Source: an uncultured Clostridia bacterium
GTDB taxonomy: Bacteria; Bacillota; Clostridia; Christensenellales; UBA1242
Assembly (NCBI GenBank): GCA_947629745.1
Contig: CANREZ010000001.1
Location: 125,181-189,180, forward strand
DNA length: 64,000 nucleotides
Direction of reading: 5' to 3'
Positions within the stretch are counted from its first letter, which is position 1. Every line of letters begins with the position of its first letter. Positions 57,349-64,000 of the stretch are shown piece after piece. Under the pieces are notes generated by a model, which searched no databases, was not told the DNA's origin, and saw only the letters and a program-made list of their open reading frames with translations. Position numbers and translations under genes: made by a program.

Positions 57349-57381
57349 AAGTCTGCAAATACAACTATTGCAGACTTTTTT
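57349..57381 (+). terminator. Rho-independent terminator after pheT
   Basis: GTCTGCAA/TTGCAGAC stem followed by TTTTTT. Confidence 0.8.
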
Positions 57382-57607
57382 ATTTAGTCACTTTGCACAA
57401 AAAGTAATATTTATTTTCACTCAAGTCTAGTAAGTTATGATGTCTTCATATTCAATAAAATACTTGCCTATCTTTAGTGTATTTTTTAGTCAATTTGCAC
57501 AAAAACTGTGTTTCTAAATTGCCAATTTATTTAGTCATTTTGCACAAAATTGTGTGCAGTTTTGCGGCTAAAACTGCAAAATATTATTTAGTCAAACTGC
57601 ACAAAAA
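57381..57607 (+). repeat. Four dispersed direct repeats of about 22 bp (TATTTAGTCAnnnTGCACAAAA)
   Basis: The copies are at 57381-57403, 57484-57505, 57528-57549 and 57586-57607. An inverted half-site TTTGTGCAA is at 57619-57627, and a hairpin GCAGTTTT..AAAACTGC is at about 57556-57578. Confidence 0.75.
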
Positions 57608-57828
57608 TAAGTAAAATATTTGTGCAAGTTGCATAAAATTTATAAAATAAATTATTATTAAAATTGACGTTATTGAACCCAACTTTGATAGACATAAATT
57701 TTTCTAAATAATTTATGTTAAATATTAGAATATTTAGGCTAATTTTTCCATTTTTTGCTCAAACTAGACTAAACGGGGAGTTTTTACATAATTTTAGACC
57801 AGAAAATATCCTGCGCTAGTCACCGGTT

Positions 57829-57885
57829 ATTAGTATATAAATATACTAATATCGTTTGACAAGTATCGACAAAAATCATTATACT
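57829..57885 (+). promoter_or_regulatory. Perfect 10-2-10 palindrome abutting a sigma-A-like promoter of the giant lipoprotein gene
   Basis: ATTAGTATAT-AA-ATATACTAAT lies at 57829-57850. TTGACA (57856-57861)-18 nt-TATACT (57880-57885) follows. Confidence 0.55.
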
Positions 57886-57951
57886 TGTAATATAATTTAT
57901 CCTTAAAGAATTTTAGGGAGAGATTAATCCGCTAATTTTAGGTGAATGGAA

Positions 57952-60900
57952 ATGGAAAAAGTGAAGAGTAAAATAGTACTATTGATGTCGATATTGCTAA
58001 CCTGTGTGTTAGCGTTATTCGGTTGCGGTGATCCGTATAGAAATATGAAGCTTAGCGTTGATGCTGAGTTTGATAGCACTACTGGGCAATACACTAAGAC
58101 CGTGGTGGTCGACGAGAATACTGATACATTCACTCTATCTGCTACCGTCTCTGGTGCAGAAAAAGGTGTGAGTACTGACCTAAGATTCACAGTTTCCAGC
58201 ACAAACAACGCTATTGAGCAAGTGCCAAATAGCGTGACAAAAGTGAGCAACACGACGACTGCAACATTTAGGGTAAACAAAGTGGATAATGCCAAAGTCG
58301 ATGTTATCACTAGTGAAGGACCAAATGGTGGACTGAAAGCATCTGTCCTAATCAATGTGGTAAAGGCTGTCCAGTCCATGTCATTCATCCCAGATAGCAC
58401 TGACCCACAAAATCCATGCATATATGTCGAGCGCGGCAAGGCAAAGGACCTAACAAAAGGACTCGCCTACACTCCATTTGACACCACTCAAAAAGATCTA
58501 GAGCTAGTAAGTATCACAGATATTGTAGGTGGCACAGCTGCTGATATATCTATCGATGGCAACAAATTGCTCGTTGCAAGTGGCACTGATGTTAGGAGCT
58601 TTAGTGTAGAGGTAAGGTCAAAGGGAAATACCGATGTCCACGCTACAACCAAGGTGGATGTGGTCGACCTGATTGATGAGAATAATATAACATTAGCCCA
58701 AATAGAGAGTGGCCACTATACTGAACTAGAGAAAAACGAACAGGATATATACACTATCACCCTCGCTAGTAACAATCCTGCACAAGATCTGTGGAGGAGA
58801 GATATATACTTTAGATATGGCTCAGATTTTGCTGCCCTTGGTGATTACACTGTAACTATCGAGGATGGCACACTGATGAAACTATTTAGAAGTTTCGAAG
58901 TGAATATGGTGGACTCAGGGAAAGAAAATCAACATGCTGAGGTCACTACTCTAGCTAATCCAGGCACTGAGCGTGTGAGATTTGCTATCAAATACAACGC
59001 TCATAGCGGGCTTGAGACCAAATATATTGACCTTGAAGTGCGCGTAGTCGTCTATCCTACTAGGATTGACGTTTATGACCACAATGGTGACGCACTTGGT
59101 GTTAGCAACCCATTTGTCGTGTATGACACGCGAGAGTATTCTAGCGGAGATTATTTTGCATTCCGCGTGTATGGCAGCACGGGGGAGCTCATCGATACCA
59201 GCAGCCAAGTGTATATCAAGGTGGGCAAGCTATCGGGTGAGAATATAGTGGAGGACCCAAAAGTAGCGGTCTACACTCAATATGATTTCGTAGTAGGCAA
59301 CAACGCAGTGCCAAGTGGCGTGCCATACTATGTGAGACATACATATACTGACGTCGAGGAAATTAGTGGCGAGTACTACTGCGAGATTCGCAGTGCCACT
59401 AAGGGATCAGATGTCAAAGTGACCTTCCCTATCACATTCATTCGTGGTAATGTCAGTGTGCAATTTACTGAAGAACAAAAGAGCATGAGTCTAAATACCG
59501 AACAGACTCTGGTGCTATCATCGAATTACTCTAGCTTTGATGACAGACGTGACCAATTAGTCCTCTCATATGATAGTGACCTGATTGAGGCTAGTTTAAC
59601 TGATGATGGAGTATTAGTCCGTGCATTTGATAGGCGTGGCACAGTGACCCTAAGGCTTACTTCGCCAAACGGATTCACCTCCACTATCAATATCACTATA
59701 TTTGAGACACTAGAGACTGCTAAGGTACGTGTATTTGGCAGAGAAATTACTGGCTCAGAGACCGAAGTAACTGATGAGAATGTAATAAAATTTGTTGGCC
59801 GAAGTGGAGAGAGCATCCCACTAGACTTTTTATTCAAAAATACTGGGACGTATTCTAGCGTTATTCCAGAGGATATAGAGTTCTCTCAGAGCTCAAATAA
59901 CGTCGTTCTCGCATCCATATTTGAAAGCAACGGCGCATATAGTTTGATCCTTGGAAATAGAGTGGGAACGGCTAGGATCAATATGTCATTCCTAGGATTC
60001 AACGAAGATGGAGTAAGAGAGCAAATTTTCTATATATCATTTGATGTAGAAGTGAAGATAATTGTGACCAGCACGAATTACGTATCCAATATGAGTGCAT
60101 ATGATCACAAGGGTATGATCACGAGCGCTAGCGTGCCAACTTTGATGGAGGCAACATACACACTTAGCCCAAGCGGCGCAACACTCACTACCGACGAGGT
60201 GGAGTGGCAGATAGTGATCGGCACTAGCACCTTTACGCTAAATTATCTGCGTGAGAGTTCTAGCGAAGTGGAGGATAGACCAAGATACAACTACGACTAT
60301 GAGACTAATACGAAACAATACGACTACACTGATAGCGTAGGCAATAGATATTACTTTGTCCTAGACCTTACTACACCATTTGTCATGCGCACATACGCCA
60401 TACTTGCAGATGGCGTGCAATCTGTCTCATACAACGCTCAAGTGATAATCACACAAAAGTACACCGATAGGCGTGGCAGTGAGATAACTGAGCAGGATAC
60501 GAGCACCAATTATAGATTCACTGTAGACCGTGTAGCAACAGTTAATGACATCATCCTTAGCGGCGTGTCAAGGAGAGTGGAGAATGGCTCCAGCACCCTA
60601 GTCCTCACATTCGATAAGAGGAAGGGTGGAATGGTAGATCAAACGACTGTAGAGAGTGCACCTGAAGGCAACAGGCGTGTGATATACGCTAGCCTCAACC
60701 CATCCTATGCACTGTACAAAGAGATTAACGCAAGGTTCAATTTCGGCAGTGCAAATGACTACTTTGATGTAAAAATAGAGGATTACAATGGCAGTGATTA
60801 TGTGAAGAAGATCACAATCACGATGATTAAATCTATCGCATTACTCCCAAAGGAGACATCAAATATTGTATGTACTCTTGCAACTATGGATGGCGGCAAT

Positions 60901-63900
60901 AGAGAGGTAGCATTTAGGATAGAACTCCTCGACGGCGGGGTGAACAATCCATATACTGTGTCAAATAAACAGGAATTACTGGATATCGCAAACGCTCCAG
61001 ATAGCAATTATATCTTAACCAACAATATTGACTTTGGCGGTCAAATTATTACTCCAATTGGAGCAGGGGACGCCGATGTCAAGACATTCGCAGGTAGCCT
61101 ATCTACCCGTAGCAATGAGACCTTTACCATATCCAATTTCACTGTAAATCCTAGTGTAATAGGCACTGAACTTTATGCCGGATTATTCGCAAAAGTCGGT
61201 GGCAGCATATCCAATATCAATATCCGCGATGCAAAGATAAATGTATCAGATATTGGCACTAGCGCAAATAGTGTGCACAGTGTGTATATAGGCTCACTGG
61301 CAGGGCAATTAACAAACCGTGCAACACTAGAGAATGTAAGTGTGGAAAATTCCGCATTCAATAAGATAACAGATAATAGTGATGTGGATATCGTATTCAA
61401 TATCCCACAAATACAGGGCAATACATACATTGGTGGTGTGGCAGGATATGCATCTAGTGCAACATTTAGGAATGTAAATGCTAGAGTGAAGATTTCAGCA
61501 ACTGACACAGCAGACGTCAGTACAGGTAATAACGTATATGTAGGTGCAATTGCAGGACGTGTTGAGGGTGGATTCTTCAATAATAGTGTGACTGGGGATA
61601 CCCCTACATCTAGTGTCATCACTTGCATTACAGGCAATCTCACTAACACAAACTCCGCAATAGGTGGAGCATTTGGTTATATCCAAAATATCAGCATCAA
61701 CAATCTAAATGTCACATCCAATATCACCGGCCATGACAACGTGGGTGGAGCAATCGGTGTGGCAAATTACTCAAGCGTTTCCTATATTAGCGATGTGACA
61801 GTCACAGTGGATAATCTAAAGGGTCACGATAATGTCGGAGGCTTGGTAGGTAAAGTGACTGGCTCTATTGACGGAGATAGGACACTTAATATCTACAACA
61901 ACACTATCCAGTTATTAAAACGTGAAGAAAATAAATATATCTCTGCCAACGACAACATCGGTGGCTTAATCGGAAGCATTGATGTTGTGAACTCATCTAT
62001 CACCAACAACGGTGTGTTTGACTACTCCGAGGCAACGTCTATTACAACCAGCAACACTGGTGCTAAGATTGGTGGACTGGTTGGAAATAGCAAAGCAAAG
62101 ACATATGGCAGCAACTTAGTCAATGCACTAATTAATGGCACAAGTCTAACTAACGCAGGCGGATTGATCGGCACACAAGAGGGCGATGTCTCAATTACCG
62201 CTAGCGCAATTATTAATACTAAGAATCTAACCGCATTCGCAGTCGCATCTACGAGTAGCAATGTCACTATCAAAGACACTTATGCTTGTGGCGACGGCAA
62301 TTGGATTGGAAATAAAGAAAACACTGAAGTAGATGAAACAAACAATAACTTGCTAATTGTAAAAGGTACAACACAGCAATCTGATATTACAACATTTGTT
62401 AATAAAGCAAATGGCAATGAAGAGTCAGGTAAGGTCTTCTACTATGAAGAAAATAATAGTCCACTCAAGGCAGATATTTTAAATCTACCTATTCCATTCA
62501 AGACACTGGATATTGAGGGAGATGGCACGATTGACCAATTAGTCTACAAGGTCGTACCAACCGAAATTACACTTAGTGCGAAGAGTGCAGAGGGTGTAAT
62601 ATTATATGGTGATGAAGATAAGAATATCGCACTACAATATTTTGCTGTGAACAGTACACTACTAAATGGTTCCATGATCCGTGGATTTGACGCTGACACC
62701 AGTAGACTAATTCTCGATAGCATTGCAAGCAAGAATACTTACAAGTTATCGGATATCTTAACTCTAAGTGTCGTGCCAGATGCACTAAAAGATTCCATCG
62801 GCTCGAATATAGCAGTGACATCCAATAGCGCAGTGATTAGCGTGCAACGTGACAACCATGGTGACTACATCTTAGTCACCCGTGGTGTGGGTACGGCTAC
62901 TATCACAGTGTCTAGCATCCTTGACCCTAGTGTGTCGGGGACTATAGATATCCGAGTCATTGCAGGCATTGGAGATTTTTCAGTAAATAATAATAGTATT
63001 ACCGTAGTGAAGCAAGACTCAGCAAATATTGAACTGACATTGCCAAACTACATTTCGCTAAACGTCGTAGGACAAGATGTTACAATCTTGCTCCAGGGAA
63101 ACAACACTTATGGCGTCACTATTTTAGCAAGTGAGAGCGCACAAGGTGTTGTCTCTATCGATAACAATGAGTTTGGTGCAGAGCATAAAGAAATTACTCT
63201 ACACAATATCACCGACATCATCACAATCATTGGAACAAAAGCCGGCAATATTGGAGAGGTGAAAGTCGACCTGCTCACATCTATTGATGGGCAGTTTGTC
63301 AGCACTGGCCTTAGTGTGAAGATAAGTATCGATGTCGTCAATGGTACACATGGAATATATGTGGATGAGAATACCAAGTCATTCACATTCAACCCATGGT
63401 CCACACTATACTTTAGCGTAGTCATCTTGACAGACAAGAATGATGAGACGCTATACATTAGGTCGGGCGACACCGTGATAGGCAAAGTGCTATATGTAAA
63501 CGAAAAGTATCTACTATCTGATCCAATGAATGGACTATTCATGGATGATAGCAGCACTATTCCGTTCTACCTAGCCCTTGGCAATATCAAGATCAGCCTA
63601 GCATCAGCTACATATATGACAACATCTGATCCTGCAAAGAATCACATCGAGTATCTATTTAGAGTAGAGTTGTACCTAGATAGTCTCATGGGGAACATCG
63701 ATGGTCGTGAATACTTATTAAATAATGACAATTATCTAGGACTTGACCAAAATATTATGCTAAACTTCGCAACACAATTGGTGGGTGAAGAGTTTACTTA
63801 TGAGACCGAGCCAGTGTCTATCACCATGCTAAGTCAGGCAATGGCTGATAGCAGTGTGAAGTCGACATATTATTCCTACGCGCAGGAAGAAGTCACAGGT

Positions 63901-64000
63901 GAGAATGGAGATGAGCTAGTATACAACCCAACTGAAGCATCTAGTGAGTCCATCGTGCTAGGATATACCGGAATGCTGACATACAGCATCCGACCAATTT
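57952..64000 (+). CDS. Giant surface lipoprotein (more than 2016 aa, 3' end beyond the window) with Ig-like beta repeats and a central GLUG-type repeat region
   Basis: Hand translation gives MEKVKSKIVLLMSILLTCVLALFGCGD (signal peptide plus lipobox Cys). The frame is open to the window end and is absent from the ORF track for lack of a stop. The region at about 61150-62280 encodes repeated xxIGGLxG / NVGGAIG / YIGGVAGY motifs. Confidence 0.85.
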   Translation, partial: MEKVKSKIVLLMSILLTCVLALFGCGDPYRNMKLSVDAEFDSTTGQYTKTVVVDENTDTFTLSATVSGAEKGVSTDLRFTVSSTNNAIEQVPNSVTKVSNTTTATFRVNKVDNAKVDVITSEGPNGGLKASVLINVVKAVQSMSFIPDSTDPQNPCIYVERGKAKDLTKGLAYTPFDTTQKDLELVSITDIVGGTAADISIDGNKLLVASGTDVRSFSVEVRSKGNTDVHATTKVDVVDLIDENNITLAQIESGHYTELEKNEQDIYTITLASNNPAQDLWRRDIYFRYGSDFAALGDYTVTIEDGTLMKLFRSFEVNMVDSGKENQHAEVTTLANPGTERVRFAIKYNAHSGLETKYIDLEVRVVVYPTRIDVYDHNGDALGVSNPFVVYDTREYSSGDYFAFRVYGSTGELIDTSSQVYIKVGKLSGENIVEDPKVAVYTQYDFVVGNNAVPSGVPYYVRHTYTDVEEISGEYYCEIRSATKGSDVKVTFPITFIRGNVSVQFTEEQKSMSLNTEQTLVLSSNYSSFDDRRDQLVLSYDSDLIEASLTDDGVLVRAFDRRGTVTLRLTSPNGFTSTINITIFETLETAKVRVFGREITGSETEVTDENVIKFVGRSGESIPLDFLFKNTGTYSSVIPEDIEFSQSSNNVVLASIFESNGAYSLILGNRVGTARINMSFLGFNEDGVREQIFYISFDVEVKIIVTSTNYVSNMSAYDHKGMITSASVPTLMEATYTLSPSGATLTTDEVEWQIVIGTSTFTLNYLRESSSEVEDRPRYNYDYETNTKQYDYTDSVGNRYYFVLDLTTPFVMRTYAILADGVQSVSYNAQVIITQKYTDRRGSEITEQDTSTNYRFTVDRVATVNDIILSGVSRRVENGSSTLVLTFDKRKGGMVDQTTVESAPEGNRRVIYASLNPSYALYKEINARFNFGSANDYFDVKIEDYNGSDYVKKITITMIKSIALLPKETSNIVCTLATMDGGNREVAFRIELLDGGVNNPYTVSNKQELLDIANAPDSNYILTNNIDFGGQIITPIGAGDADVKTFAGSLSTRSNETFTISNFTVNPSVIGTELYAGLFAKVGGSISNINIRDAKINVSDIGTSANSVHSVYIGSLAGQLTNRATLENVSVENSAFNKITDNSDVDIVFNIPQIQGNTYIGGVAGYASSATFRNVNARVKISATDTADVSTGNNVYVGAIAGRVEGGFFNNSVTGDTPTSSVITCITGNLTNTNSAIGGAFGYIQNISINNLNVTSNITGHDNVGGAIGVANYSSVSYISDVTVTVDNLKGHDNVGGLVGKVTGSIDGDRTLNIYNNTIQLLKREENKYISANDNIGGLIGSIDVVNSSITNNGVFDYSEATSITTSNTGAKIGGLVGNSKAKTYGSNLVNALINGTSLTNAGGLIGTQEGDVSITASAIINTKNLTAFAVASTSSNVTIKDTYACGDGNWIGNKENTEVDETNNNLLIVKGTTQQSDITTFVNKANGNEESGKVFYYEENNSPLKADILNLPIPFKTLDIEGDGTIDQLVYKVVPTEITLSAKSAEGVILYGDEDKNIALQYFAVNSTLLNGSMIRGFDADTSRLILDSIASKNTYKLSDILTLSVVPDALKDSIGSNIAVTSNSAVISVQRDNHGDYILVTRGVGTATITVSSILDPSVSGTIDIRVIAGIGDFSVNNNSITVVKQDSANIELTLPNYISLNVVGQDVTILLQGNNTYGVTILASESAQGVVSIDNNEFGAEHKEITLHNITDIITIIGTKAGNIGEVKVDLLTSIDGQFVSTGLSVKISIDVVNGTHGIYVDENTKSFTFNPWSTLYFSVVILTDKNDETLYIRSGDTVIGKVLYVNEKYLLSDPMNGLFMDDSSTIPFYLALGNIKISLASATYMTTSDPAKNHIEYLFRVELYLDSLMGNIDGREYLLNNDNYLGLDQNIMLNFATQLVGEEFTYETEPVSITMLSQAMADSSVKSTYYSYAQEEVTGENGDELVYNPTEASSESIVLGYTGMLTYSIRPI

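Noticed and set aside
57381-57607. Considered plasmid or phage iterons (a replication origin) for the four 22-bp direct repeats
   Set aside because: The spacing is irregular (103, 44 and 58 bp) rather than helically phased tandem units. No rep or dnaA-box cluster is nearby, and the context is chromosomal housekeeping (pheST).
57924-63557. Several 60-170-aa minus-strand ORFs (e.g. 57924-58439, 61173-61649, 63108-63557) inside the giant lipoprotein gene
   Set aside because: They are antisense shadows of a long, codon-biased open frame on the plus strand. They have no RBS and low-complexity S/T/V/L-rich translations.

Overview
This is a 64-kb chromosomal window from a low-GC, endospore-forming, anaerobic Firmicute. 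That assignment is inferred from spoIIE, yabP-yabQ-divIC, an [FeFe]-hydrogenase and a class III RNR. It holds about 55 protein-coding genes, mostly housekeeping: a gyrB fragment at the left edge, spoIIE, tilS, ychF, argS, cca, lepB, glmS, mscS, nrdG-nrdD-trxB and T-box-controlled pheST. There are 8 tRNA genes (Arg-TCG, Leu-GAG, Val-CAC, Pro-CGG, fMet, Met, Val-GAC, Ser-CGA) and many clean rho-independent terminators and consensus sigma-A promoters. I saw no rRNA, CRISPR array, transposase or integrase. Both window edges cut genes: gyrB on the left, and on the right a lipoprotein gene of more than 2000 codons with Ig-like and GLUG-type repeats. The main things worth a second look are listed below.
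1. A family of GC-rich, hairpin-mosaic non-coding elements has three copies here. Each has a GTGGCACGCCAC terminus and a conserved 52-nt motif whose internal mini-hairpin covaries. Two long copies are fused directly to tRNA 3' ends and form inverted repeats around a 7.3-kb segment.
2. NrdD carries a C-terminal thioredoxin-fold (CPNC) extension and is translationally coupled to a thioredoxin reductase.
3. A Fic locus with twin palindromic operators sits in what looks like an AT-richer islet next to tRNA-Arg.
4. A tRNA-Ser 3'-end duplication lies next to a truncated SDR gene and a collagen-like/holin pair.
5. At least five genes have a -10 hexamer placed 5-6 nt before the ATG with no Shine-Dalgarno, which suggests leaderless mRNAs.
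6. The long leader region of the giant lipoprotein gene contains four dispersed 22-bp direct repeats and a perfect palindrome.
All functional calls rest on motif recognition by eye and need database confirmation.
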